A stretch of 64,000 bases of DNA, from NCBI GenBank assembly GCA_963778655.1, contig CAVZVA010000011.1, forward strand, positions 256,001-320,000. The letters run 5' to 3'. Below the pieces are notes generated by a model, which had not been told where the DNA came from, searched no databases, and saw only the letters and a list, made by a program, of their open reading frames with translations. The translations under genes and the position numbers were made by a program. Within the stretch, counting starts at the first letter, position 1; each line of letters begins with the position of its first letter. This document shows positions 48,288-58,147 of the stretch, one piece after another. This DNA comes from an uncultured delta proteobacterium. Its GTDB lineage: Bacteria; Myxococcota_A; Polyangia; Polyangiales; JAFGIB01.

Positions 48288-50203
48288 GCCGCGCGCCGGG
48301 CAGCACGGCTCGCAGCGGCACGCGCCAAGCGATGGATGCGGACGATCAGGCAGCGGAGCTGGAGGTGCGGGCGTTCCGCGCGGGCTCGCGTCAGATCGTG
48401 CTGGCAGTCGCCGCCAACGTGCTGCTGGCTGCGTTGATGCTGGGCGTGCCGTACTGGCGCGGCCACGTGCAGGGGAAACGCGCGCTCACCGCGTTCTCGC
48501 GTTTCGCGGGCTGCGTGTTCGGCGCCGAGCCCAAGACCGGGTTGGGCCTGAGCCTGCCGCCGGGCGAGCGCGCGCACTTCGCAGGCCAGGTGATGCGCGC
48601 CGCGGGCGGCTGGCCCGGCCGCTGCAAGCCCGCGCTGCAATCGATTGCGCCCGAAGAGGCGATCTTCCTGTGGCCGTCGGTGAAGCAGGCCGGCGCCGAC
48701 GTGCGCGCGGCCGTGCGGCTGGTTGGCCGCGAGCTCGAGCAGCTCGCGCGCCAGCGCGCGCGCAACCCTGAGGGCCGCGTGCCCGAGCGCCCGCTGCTGG
48801 CGGTCGATCGCTTGCGCGCGGCGCTGGCGTTGCTGGCCAAGGCCGCGGACGCCGACGAGGGCATTGACGGCAACGCGATCGCGTTTCGCAAGCCGGCCGC
48901 CGTGGCGGAGCCTGCGCGGCTGCCGATCGTGGCCGGCAGCCACGCCGCGCTGCAGGTCTGGGTCGGCCTGGACGGTCTGTATGCGCTGGCGATGGACGGG
49001 CGCGGCGTGTCGTGGCTGCGGGTGGAGGGCGGCAAGCTCGAGCACCGGCGCTTCAAGCGCACCAGCCTGGTGCGCGCGGCGCTGCGCGCGGGCGCGCAGC
49101 CGCTGATCGTGTGGGCGATGTCGCCCAAGCGCTGCGAGCAGGAGGAGCACCACTGCGTCCACCGGGCGACCGGCGTGGCGCGCTTCGCGCAGGATGCCGA
49201 GGCGCTACCCACGCCGAGCTGGCTCGCGGGGCACCCAGCCGGGCGCGCCGACCGCAGCTTGCGGCTGTCGGTCGCCGGCCAGGTCGATCTGCTGGCGCGC
49301 GCCAACGCCGAAGGCGCGCTCGAGCTGCGCCGCTTCGCGCTCCCAGCGGAGGCGCGGCCGGACGCGCCGCCGAGCGCGCCGCTGCAGCGTTTCCCGCTGC
49401 CGGACGCGCAGGCGCCGCGCGACGCGCTGCTGCTGCCGGGCGTGCCCGGCGCCGTGGCATATATCGTGGACGGCGAGCAGGGCGTGCAGGCGTTCGTCTG
49501 GGATTACGAGCGCGGCCAGGCGCCAGTCGCGCTCGGCACACTCGCCGGCGAGGGCGGCTGGCTGGTCGCGTGCCAGGGCGAGGACGGGCGCTACCTCGCC
49601 TACGGCAGCGCGCGCGAGCTCGGGGTGGCGCGGCTGCCGGCCGAGGGCGCGCCGAGGGTGGTGCAGCCACCGCTGCCGATCGCGCTCGGCGATCCACTCG
49701 ACGCCGAGGATGAGGGACACGACCGGGTGCGGCTGCTGTGCGCCGGCGCGCGCGCCACGCTGGTCGGCGCCAGCGCGCGGCGCGCGCTGCTTTCGCTGAG
49801 CTGCGGCCAGAGCGGTTGCGAGCGCGGTCCGGAGCTCGCACGCGGCGTCGCCAGCTTCGACGCAGCCGCGCTCGCGGACGGCACGCTGCTGGCGTATTCG
49901 CGCACGCGCGAGCCGCAGCTCAGCGTGCTGTCGCTCGACGCGCATGGCGCGCCACGCGGGCCCGCGCGCGTGCCCGGCGCATGCTGGGATCCCAAGAGCG
50001 GGATGTGCGATCAGCCGACGCTGGTCGCCGACGCGGGCCGGTTACTGCTTTGCGCGCGCGACGGCTCCGACCTGCTGGCGCTCGAATCGGACGACGCGGG
50101 CCAGCACTGGAAAACCATGGCGGGGCTCAAGGTCTCGACCGCGATCGACAGCGACGAGAGCGCGCCGCTGCGCCAGCACCGCGTGCGCAAGGGGCTCGAC
50201 TGA
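48284..50203 (+). CDS. Hypothetical membrane-anchored protein
   Basis: N-terminal TM then a large beta-rich Cys-containing region; GTGA overlap with the acs stop. Confidence 0.75.
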
Positions 50204-50406
50204 AGGCGAGCCCGCAAGCGCACGCGTGCGTGCAACAGCGGGTCAGTGGGTGCGGGCACGCGAGCGACCACACCGCCGCCGCCGCCCAGCCGAGGATCGG
50301 AGAGGCGAGATCGCCCAGGCTCGAAGCGGCACCACAATGAATGCTGGGAATGGGCCGTGCTCGCGTTCTGGACCGCGCCGGTGTCCTGCTGAAATCTGAG
50401 CGCGAC

Positions 50407-50572
50407 CTAGTCCCCTGGAACCGTGATAGCTGTGCAATATCGGCGCGGAATCGGCGTTGCTCGCAAGGCGCGCGACGCAGGAAGGGTAGGCCCCCTTTCA
50501 AGGAGCGCAACGCCGCGAGCGGCGTCGAGGGCGTGTCGGCATTGGGTAGAAATCACGGTTCCGGGGGACTAG
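50407..50572. mobile_element. MITE-like element (166 bp) with CTAG ends
   Basis: ctagtcccctggaaccgtgat ... atcacggttccgggggactag (20/21 inverted match); internal inverted repeat cggcgttgc/gcaacgccg. Confidence 0.8.
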
Positions 50573-50582
50573 CCGCCGGCAC

Positions 50583-51827
50583 TCAGGCGCGCGAGCCGCG
50601 TCGGCGCAGGGCCTCTCGCACCACCGCGCGGTCCGAGAACGGGATCGGCCCGCTCGCGAGCTGTTGCTGGGTTTCATGGCCCCGCCCGGCGATCACCAGC
50701 GCGTCGGCCGGCTGAGCCCAGCCCACTGCGGCGCCGATGGCGGCGGCGCGCTCCGGCTGCTCGTGCCAGACCGCACGCCCGGCGGCCCCCGCACGCACCA
50801 TGGACGCGATCTGCTCGGGTTGCTCGCCCCGCGGATTGTCGGTCGTGAGCCAGACCACGTCAGCCAGGCGATCGGCCAGCGCGCCCATGCGCGGGCGTTT
50901 TTCTGCGTCGCGCTCACCACCGCAGCCGAACACGCAACCCAGACGACCCCCGCGGCGTTGGGCCAGGCAACGCGCGCTCTCCAACACCCGTTGCAGCGCG
51001 TCGGGCGTGTGGGCGAAGTCGACCAACACCAACGGCTCGGTGCAGCACACCTCGAAGCGTCCGGGCACGCCCGCGAAGTCGAGCAGGCCGCGCTTTATGG
51101 CCGCGGCGCCGTACCCGGCGAGCGCCGTCGCCAGCGCCGCGGCCAGCGCGTTGTCGGCCTGGAACTCCCCGAGCACCCGCAGCTGCAACGCGCCCTGCAG
51201 CGCGGCGGCGAGGGGCGACGGGGCCAGAGCGATCCGTATCCCGCGCTGGTCGTGCTCGAGCTGCGCGGCCGCGAGCGCAACCGGCACGTTTGGCGCGGCC
51301 GCAGCGGCATCCGGCCGAGCCAGAAAGCCGGCGCAACGCGCATGCTGCGGCAGCACCTCGGCGAGCAGGGCCGAGGCGGGATCGGCCGCGTTCAACACGG
51401 CGGCTCCGGCCTCGCGCAGCCTCACGAACAGCTGCGCTTTGGCCGCGAGATAGCGTTCGGGCGTGTGGTGGCGGTCGAGATGATCGTGCGTGAGGTTGGT
51501 GAACACAGCGATCTGGGCGGGCCAGCCCTCCGCGAAGCCGCCCTCGAGCGCCCGCGAAGTGACCTCGAGCGCGAGCGTGCGCGCCCCGACCTCGCGGGCG
51601 CGCCGCAGCGTCCGCACGAACGATGCCATGCTGGAATCGTCCGCGAGCTGCTCCTGACCGACCCACATGCCCAGGGTCGTGACCCGCACCGCCGGCTCAC
51701 CCGCGGCGCCGACGATGCTGGCGATCATGCTCGTCGTGCTGGTCTTGCCGTTCGTGCCCGTGACCGCCAGGGTGGTCAGCCCCTCGGCCAGCTGATCGAG
51801 CTCGGACTGCGACACGATCCCGGTCAT
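50583..51827 (-). CDS. MurE-like Mur ligase lacking the N-terminal domain
   Basis: VTGTNGKTS, LEVTS, FTNLTHDHLD, VPGRFE, DFAHTPDAL, FGCGGERD, DNPR, GRGHE. Confidence 0.88.
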   Translation of the reverse strand: MTGIVSQSELDQLAEGLTTLAVTGTNGKTSTTSMIASIVGAAGEPAVRVTTLGMWVGQEQLADDSSMASFVRTLRRAREVGARTLALEVTSRALEGGFAEGWPAQIAVFTNLTHDHLDRHHTPERYLAAKAQLFVRLREAGAAVLNAADPASALLAEVLPQHARCAGFLARPDAAAAAPNVPVALAAAQLEHDQRGIRIALAPSPLAAALQGALQLRVLGEFQADNALAAALATALAGYGAAAIKRGLLDFAGVPGRFEVCCTEPLVLVDFAHTPDALQRVLESARCLAQRRGGRLGCVFGCGGERDAEKRPRMGALADRLADVVWLTTDNPRGEQPEQIASMVRAGAAGRAVWHEQPERAAAIGAAVGWAQPADALVIAGRGHETQQQLASGPIPFSDRAVVREALRRRGSRA

Positions 51828-51955
51828 GCCGATGCGCCTCGGGGGGTCTGACCGCCGGTTTCGGCGGCGAACGCCCGAGCAGCACTGGACCCGGGAACAC
51901 CGCCGGAAGAGGGCGAAACCCGAGTCCGAGCATATGTCATGGCCGAGGTCTTGTC

Positions 51956-54013
51956 GTGACGCCGCCCGGCGCCCCCCCCACTGCTTGCCAAGCCCAGGAC
52001 CGGGTGCCGCCCGGTGCTCCGATCGCGTGCGCAGGCCTCAGCCGGCGACCGGGCGGTCGCGCGGGCGCAACCCAACCGCCGCGTGTTGCAGGTGTGGCCG
52101 CGGTGCTCTGGCTGCTTTTGTGCTGGTGCGGCGCGTGCGGGCAGACGCCCCGGCCGCGCGTGCCCACCAGGCAAGAGCCGGACCGCGCGTGGCAGCCATC
52201 CACCTGGGCCGAAGCGCAGGACGCGCCGCCGCGCGTCTCGCCGGCGCGCGAAACTCCGCCCGCAAGTCCGCCCGAACAGCCAGCACCCACGCCGGCGGTC
52301 GAGCGTGTTTCCGCAGTCGGGCCGGGCGAGGTGCCGATCTTTCGCGACGGCGAGCAGGTCGGGACGATCGCGCGCAGCCAGGCCGAGGCATCCGGGCTGT
52401 TCGTGCTCGACGTGGGCAGCGACTGGGTGCCGGCGCCCTTTCGCTCCTCACCCGAGCTGCCGCACGCCTACGAGCGGGTGTTCGCCCGGCTCGCGAACGG
52501 CCGCTTCGACGACGGCCCCGAAGGCCGGCGCGCGGCCGAGGAACGCTACCTCGAGCCGTACGGCATTCCGCCCAGCCCCGCGTTGCTCGCACAGCGCTTC
52601 GCCGCGCTCGCGGACAGGCCCTGCAGCACCCGGCTCGACCTGCAGCCGCTCAGGGACTTCGAAGGTGCCGCCTGGGACGAGGGCGCAGAGCCGCCCCCGG
52701 TACCGGAGCCGGTGATCGCCGCGCTGCAGACGCGGCTGGTGTGCGAAGAGCACCTGCACGTGTGGCCGAGCGGCGTGCTCGACGAGAACACCCGCCGCGC
52801 GCTCGAGGAGTTCGAGCGCCGCAACCGCATCTACGCACGCGGCAGCCTGAAGGGCGAGACGCTCGAGGCCTTGCGCGCCGAGCCGCTCGAGCTGGAACGC
52901 CGCGCGCTGGTGCGCGTGCTCTCCGAGCGCATGGCGCTCGACCTCGGCGTGATCGAAGACGGCAGCGGAGCGGATGCCGTGCCGGCACGCGAGGCCGGCG
53001 AGCTGGGTGCGGCTCCGGACATGCTGGCGCGTATCCAACAACGCGTGCTCGAGGCCTTCGACCTACAAACCGTGGCGGGGGTGGAGCAGCTCTACCGCCG
53101 GCTCGAGGGCGTGCTCGCCACGCCGCACTACGGGATCGCGATCGACACGGTCGATCTGCCCGACTACTACAGCAACGACATGGATCTGTGGGTCGAGATC
53201 GACCGCGGGGACTTCTATTATGAGTTCCCGTTCGACGCGGCCGGCCGGCCGCTCGGCTTGCGCATCGAACGCGGACCGACGCTGACGCTGTTCGCGCGAG
53301 ACGGCGGGCGCGTGTGGCCGCTCGCGCGCTATCCGACGACGATCGGCGGCTGGCGCGTGCGGCACGAGCACGGCGCGTGGTACTGGGAGTACAAGGAGTC
53401 GCCGGTCGGCGTGCGCGCCTGGGGACGCATCGTCACCGCGCCGGTCTGGCTGCCACCGCGCTCGACGCCGCCGGAGACGCTGGTGGAGACGCTGCGGCGC
53501 ACTTCCGACGGCAGCGAGCTCCACGAGATCAACCACGACCTGATCGGCCCCAGCTTCGCATCGGCCTACGGCTTGGTCGCCGCCTACCACCAGCGCGTCG
53601 TGCGCGGCAGCGACGGGCAGCTCGAGCTGCGCGGCGACGACGGCATCCGCACCCACGGCTCGAGCGACTACACCAGCATCTGGCGCAGCGTCTCCAGCGG
53701 CTGTCATCGCCTGTACAATCACCTGGCAATCCGGCTGTTCAACTTCGTGCTCATGCACCGTGCCCACCTTCGCATCGGACATCGACCGATCAGCTATTCT
53801 CTGCGGGTGAAGACGCCCGATTTCCGGGGCCGGATCGAGGTCGCGCACAGCGGCTACGAGTTCGAGCTCGCGCGCCCGCTGGAGGTGGACGTGCTCCCGG
53901 GCCGTATTCTAGGCAGGCTCAAACGCCCGCTGGGTCGTCGCATTCCGGCGCGCGAGGATGCATCCGCGCGCCCGAAGGTCGTGGTCACCCCTACGGGTCC
54001 GGGCCCCTCCTGA
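51956..54013 (+). CDS. L,D-transpeptidase (YkuD)-like protein with PG-binding-like segment
   Basis: TTIGGW, PVWLPP, GIRTHGS...SSGCHRL; GVLDENTRRALEEFER resembles a PG-binding motif. Start uncertain. Confidence 0.8.
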   Translation: MTPPGAPPTACQAQDRVPPGAPIACAGLSRRPGGRAGATQPPRVAGVAAVLWLLLCWCGACGQTPRPRVPTRQEPDRAWQPSTWAEAQDAPPRVSPARETPPASPPEQPAPTPAVERVSAVGPGEVPIFRDGEQVGTIARSQAEASGLFVLDVGSDWVPAPFRSSPELPHAYERVFARLANGRFDDGPEGRRAAEERYLEPYGIPPSPALLAQRFAALADRPCSTRLDLQPLRDFEGAAWDEGAEPPPVPEPVIAALQTRLVCEEHLHVWPSGVLDENTRRALEEFERRNRIYARGSLKGETLEALRAEPLELERRALVRVLSERMALDLGVIEDGSGADAVPAREAGELGAAPDMLARIQQRVLEAFDLQTVAGVEQLYRRLEGVLATPHYGIAIDTVDLPDYYSNDMDLWVEIDRGDFYYEFPFDAAGRPLGLRIERGPTLTLFARDGGRVWPLARYPTTIGGWRVRHEHGAWYWEYKESPVGVRAWGRIVTAPVWLPPRSTPPETLVETLRRTSDGSELHEINHDLIGPSFASAYGLVAAYHQRVVRGSDGQLELRGDDGIRTHGSSDYTSIWRSVSSGCHRLYNHLAIRLFNFVLMHRAHLRIGHRPISYSLRVKTPDFRGRIEVAHSGYEFELARPLEVDVLPGRILGRLKRPLGRRIPAREDASARPKVVVTPTGPGPS

Positions 54014-54188
54014 GGCGCCGGCGAGACGCCAGGCCAATCCGGAAACCGTGGGGGGTTCCCCCCTGGGAATGCCTTCCCTGCGCGGGAGCTCCGCCGCTAT
54101 TGCGTGGAGCTTGCTTGCGACTATCTGTAGCCTGCGCGTCGAGGCCGCTCCGCTGCGGGGCGCGCGTTGGACCGGAGCAAGAACCGAT

Positions 54189-54443
54189 ATGAACATCGAC
54201 CGTGACAAGTTTCTCTCTGCGCTTCTCGCAATGACCCTGGGTGGTGCCGTGGCTGGCTGCAGCAGCAGCACGCCACCCCCGGCTGCGGCGGCCGAGCCGC
54301 AGCAGACCGAGGGTGCCGAGCAGCCGGCAGCCGAGCCCGCGCCGGCCGCGGAGCCGGCAGCCGAGCCGGCACCGGCAGAGACACCGGCGCCGGCCGAGGA
54401 GCCCGTGCCGGAAGTACAGCGGACCGGCCCGACGCCGGAGTGA
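54189..54443 (+). CDS. Small Pro/Ala/Glu-rich lipoprotein (84 aa)
   Basis: MNIDRDKFLSALLAMTLGGAVAGC lipobox; AEPA repeats; GGAG upstream. Confidence 0.8.
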   Translation: MNIDRDKFLSALLAMTLGGAVAGCSSSTPPPAAAAEPQQTEGAEQPAAEPAPAAEPAAEPAPAETPAPAEEPVPEVQRTGPTPE

Positions 54444-54615
54444 TCGCGCGCGAGAGCGCGCACCGCGCAGCGCCGGCAAGCGGCTGGCAGCGACCGCGCG
54501 CACCCCGCCGGCCCCCTGCGCCTCGACACACGTCGATGCGCGGGGGCGCCGCACGGGCCGCCTGGCACCGCTGTCTTGTCCTTTGGGCGGGATCGGCGCA
54601 GAGTGACTGGAACGG

Positions 54616-55545
54616 GTGATGGTCAGCGCGAGCGTGGTGCGCTTCAGACAGTCAAACAATCCGCCAAACCTAGCGCGTGCGCGGCGTGTCGCGCACGCGC
54701 TGGTGGTTTGCGGCCTCGCGCTCGGCTGCTGCGCCCTCGGCAGCGAAAAAGGCGCCGCGCTCGATAGCTCACGCAGCGCCCATGGAACGACCGACTCGAC
54801 CTCGAGCGGTCTGCCCTGGGACGGGCAACTGCAGCACGGGGTGCGCCTGCACACGAGCGCGGTCTTGCGCCCACTCGCGCAATACCGGAGCCGCGGCAAC
54901 TTCTACGGCACCTCCGAGCTGGTCTCGCTGCTGGAGCGGACCGCGCAGGCGATCGCCACGCGCTGGCCGCACAGCCAGCTCACGGTGGGCGAGCTATCCG
55001 CTTCCGCAGGCGGCAAGCTCAGTGGCCACCATTCGCATCGCAGCGGCCGCGATGCCGATGTGGCGTTCTTCATGCGCGACGAAAACGGACGCAGCTCTCG
55101 ATTCTGGCGCTTCGTCGCGTTCGGCAGAGACGGCATCGCGCTGCACATGGCGCACACGCTGCACTTCGATGACGCGCGCAACTGGGCGACGGTCTCGACG
55201 ATGTTGCGCGATCCGCAAGCTCGCTTGCAGTACGTGTTCGTCGCCGACCGCATCCGCGCGCGTCTGCTGATGGAAGGGCGGCGGCAGGGCGAGAGCGCGG
55301 CATTCCTGCGCGCTGCGGCCGCGGTGATGGTCGAGCCGAGGGAAGGCAGCAAGCACACCAATCACTTCCACGTGCGGATCTACTGTCCGCGCGACGATCG
55401 CCCCAACTGCCAGGACACCGCGCCGTACTGGCCCTGGTACGACGGCAATCCGCCGGGCGGGGAGTACGCGCAGCTGCCGACCATCCGCTGGCACGTGCCG
55501 AGCGACAGCACGGCGGAGCTCCAAGGCCCGCAAGCGCGGCGCTGA
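54616..55545 (+). CDS. MepA-like murein endopeptidase (LAS metallopeptidase), divergent
   Basis: YGTSEL, HHSHRSGRDAD, HTNHFHVRIYCP. Confidence 0.85.
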   Translation: MMVSASVVRFRQSNNPPNLARARRVAHALVVCGLALGCCALGSEKGAALDSSRSAHGTTDSTSSGLPWDGQLQHGVRLHTSAVLRPLAQYRSRGNFYGTSELVSLLERTAQAIATRWPHSQLTVGELSASAGGKLSGHHSHRSGRDADVAFFMRDENGRSSRFWRFVAFGRDGIALHMAHTLHFDDARNWATVSTMLRDPQARLQYVFVADRIRARLLMEGRRQGESAAFLRAAAAVMVEPREGSKHTNHFHVRIYCPRDDRPNCQDTAPYWPWYDGNPPGGEYAQLPTIRWHVPSDSTAELQGPQARR

Positions 55546-55719
55546 GCCCGCCTGTTCCGCGGCCAGCGCGTGCCGCGGCCGGCGCCGGTCGTGGTGGAGC
55601 ACCTACGAACGGCAACGCGGACGCGCAGGGCTCGGTGCTGATCACGCGCAAGCCGTAGCGCGCCGGGCCAGCCGCGGCAAAGGAGCGCGCCGCAGCCGTG
55701 GCTGCTATGCTCATGGAGC

Positions 55720-56706
55720 ATGAGGCCGCAGGGTGGAATCGCGGCGCGCTGCAGCGCCGCGCTGCTCGCCGCCGTGCTCGCGAACGGAGCGCACGCGGAG
55801 CAGCCGTCCGCGCGCTCGTGGCAGAAGGTGCGCGAGCCGGCGCCGGGCAAGCCGCGGGCGATCGGCACGTACGGCGCGGGCTGCCTGGCGGGTGCCGCCC
55901 GACTGCCACTCGATGGACCGGGCTATCACGTGGTCAGCCCGGGACGGCGGCGCTACTTCGGACACCCGGTGCTGGTCGCGTTCATCCGTAGCTTGGGCGC
56001 TGCGATGAAGGCGGAGGATCTCGGTGCGCTGATCGTCGGCGATCTGGGACTGCCGCGCGGCGGACCGCAGCCCAACGGCCACGCCAGCCACCAGATCGGG
56101 CTCGACGTCGACCTGTGGTACGCGTCGCAGCCGGCCGAGCTGCCGCCCAGGCTCGACGCGCACAAGCGCGGCGCGCTCAAGCCGGTGGAGATGGCCGACG
56201 GCGCCAAGGGCAAGCCGACCGAGGATTTCGGCCCCAAGATCGCGCGCGAGCTCGAGCTGGCCTCGAACGACCCGCGGGTCGAGCGGATCTTCGTCAACCC
56301 GGTGCTCAAGCGCGCGCTGTGCGCGGGCCCGGGCGAGCACGCGTGGCTGCACAAGCTGCGGCCGTGGTGGGGCCACAGCGAGCACTTCCACGTGCGCCTT
56401 TCGTGTCCCAAGGACAGCCCGCAGTGCCAGGCGCAGCCCGCGCTGCCGGCGGGCGACGGCTGTGATCAGGTCGGCTGGTGGTTCTCGGCCGCGGCGCGCA
56501 ACGACCGCGAAGCGCAGCACAAAGACTACCGCTCGCGCGTGGCCTCGCACCCGGCGCTGCCCGCTGCCTGCGAGCAGGTACTGACCGAGGACGCGGCCGG
56601 CGCGCACGGCGGGAAGGCCGATGCGCAAGAGCCGGCGGCGCAGCAGCCGCCCGCCGAGCCCGTGAGCGACGACGCAAACGCGCAGGCCAAGCGCGACGCG
56701 CGCTGA
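55720..56706 (+). CDS. mepA: Penicillin-insensitive murein endopeptidase
   Basis: IGTYGAGCLAGA, RYFGHP, PRGG, GHASHQIGLDVD, RIFVNP, KLRPWWGHSEHFHVRLSCP. Confidence 0.92.
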   Translation: MRPQGGIAARCSAALLAAVLANGAHAEQPSARSWQKVREPAPGKPRAIGTYGAGCLAGAARLPLDGPGYHVVSPGRRRYFGHPVLVAFIRSLGAAMKAEDLGALIVGDLGLPRGGPQPNGHASHQIGLDVDLWYASQPAELPPRLDAHKRGALKPVEMADGAKGKPTEDFGPKIARELELASNDPRVERIFVNPVLKRALCAGPGEHAWLHKLRPWWGHSEHFHVRLSCPKDSPQCQAQPALPAGDGCDQVGWWFSAAARNDREAQHKDYRSRVASHPALPAACEQVLTEDAAGAHGGKADAQEPAAQQPPAEPVSDDANAQAKRDAR

Positions 56707-56847
56707 GCGCGACGCGGGCCAGGCGCGACGCGGGCCGGGCGCGGCCCGCCGCGCTGGCGACCCACGCCGCTGGCGACGCACGCGTCACGGCGCCGGAGGC
56801 TCACGCCGCCGGCGCCGTGACACCGAACCCGTGCGCGAACGCGCGCC

Positions 56848-57603
56848 TCAGTGTGGGGCTGCACCGCTTCCGGCCGCTCCATGCAGACCCGGACCGGGAG
56901 GCCAAGCTGCTCCGCCGTCGCCGGCTCGCCAGCCCGGGAACCCGGGCTTGGCGCCTGCACCGAAGGGCCCGACGCCGCCGTCGCACGCCTTGTGTGCGAA
57001 ACCGGCGTCCCCGGCGCGCGCACCACGGTCCGCATCGTTGTCACGATCGGCACGGCCGAGCACACCGCCGTCGAGCGCGCCCTGAGGCAGGTTCGAAAGG
57101 ATGCACTGGTGAGCCTGCTGCGCGCAGTCCTTGGGTTGACCACCGTTCTGCACGCACTGTTGCAGCGCCTGCAAGCACGGCGGCAGCGGGGGCGGCGGCG
57201 GCAGGTTCGACTGCACGCAGCTGCGCAGCTGCTCGCGGCACGCGGCGCGCGTGCCGGCGCCGCCGTCCTGGGCCTTGCAGTCGCGCGCAGCGCTGAAGCA
57301 GGCGGCGATCGCCTGCTCGAGCTGCTGGCGCGCGGCCTGCGCCTGGTCGACGCAGCTGCTGTACGCGTCCTTGCACGCCTGCACCTGGGTCGTGTCGCCC
57401 GCGGCCTGTTGCATGCACTGCGCCGCGGTCTGCCTGCAATTGCCGAGCGCGCCGGCCAGCGCCTGGTAGCTCGCGGCCACGCCGTTATCGGCCGACGGCG
57501 AGCTCGCATTGCAGCCCGTTCCGATTCCGATCGCTGCCAACGCGAGCACGGCGAGCTGCGCCGAGCCGCGCATCGATCGCTTGAGATATCGCATGCCTTG
57601 CAT
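56848..57603 (-). CDS. Lipoprotein with six CX6C helical motifs
   Basis: Lipobox GTGC; AGGAG RBS; Gln/Ala-rich helices containing CX6C six times. Confidence 0.78.
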   Translation of the reverse strand: MQGMRYLKRSMRGSAQLAVLALAAIGIGTGCNASSPSADNGVAASYQALAGALGNCRQTAAQCMQQAAGDTTQVQACKDAYSSCVDQAQAARQQLEQAIAACFSAARDCKAQDGGAGTRAACREQLRSCVQSNLPPPPPLPPCLQALQQCVQNGGQPKDCAQQAHQCILSNLPQGALDGGVLGRADRDNDADRGARAGDAGFAHKACDGGVGPFGAGAKPGFPGWRAGDGGAAWPPGPGLHGAAGSGAAPH

Positions 57604-57861
57604 TGTGGCTTCTCCTGTTCTGCGAGCACGCGCGAGCGCGGAACCTCGCTGCGCATCCACCGCGCGTCTCACGTCAGATCAAGTGCTCCGAGCGCTGGCG
57701 AACAGGTCGGATTTGTTTCGCCGCAGCGTGCACACGCGGCGCGGCACGAACGTTTCCCCAAACGCTTGCACCCAATCATCGTTGCGCGGCGCGGCAAGAT
57801 GCCCCAGTCGAGACAAGCCGCCACGCGCACGCTGCGCAGCCGCAAGCACGCCGCTCGCGCT

Positions 57862-58038
57862 TTAGCCGGGACGGTGCTCGCGCTGCTTGATCTCGTCGAG
57901 CAGCGCTGCGCTGACCTCGCGCAACCCGCGCTCGCGTGCCACCGCTTCAGCGCGGCGCTTCACCCAAGGCCGGATGAAGAACGGCACCTTGCGCAGCCGC
58001 TGCTCGGCGACGGGCTCCCAGTGAACGACTTCAATCAC
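57862..58038 (-). CDS. Small stand-alone PCP_red-like domain protein
   Basis: WEPVAEQRLRKVPFFIRPWVKRRAEAVARERGLREVS matches the WxxEAxxRLxxVPxFVR pattern of the BchB/ChlB C-terminal domain. Confidence 0.75.
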   Translation of the reverse strand: MIEVVHWEPVAEQRLRKVPFFIRPWVKRRAEAVARERGLREVSAALLDEIKQREHRPG

Positions 58039-58097
58039 CCGCCGAGCATAACCCACGAGCCGAGCTTTCCCGCTGCTCCGGACCACCGACACGCCTT

Positions 58098-58146
58098 CCC
58101 CGCCCCCGCCCTTGCCCTCGCCCTCACCCCCGCCCACCCAAACCCC
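58098..58146 (-). other. G-rich tract with nine runs of 3-5 G (G-quadruplex potential)
   Basis: Minus strand GGGGtttGGGtGGGcGGGGGtgaGGGcgaGGGcaaGGGcGGGGGcGGGG. Confidence 0.6.
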
Positions 58147-58147
58147 T

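Noticed and set aside
53640..53720. SSGC instead of SHGC in the L,D-transpeptidase motif
   Set aside because: The catalytic His (HGS) and Cys are present, and SSGC is a known variant among YkuD enzymes.
54095..54580. Possible sigma54 promoters (ttgcgtggagcttgct; tggcaccgctgtcttg)
   Set aside because: The first lacks the -24 GG and the second has the wrong spacing.
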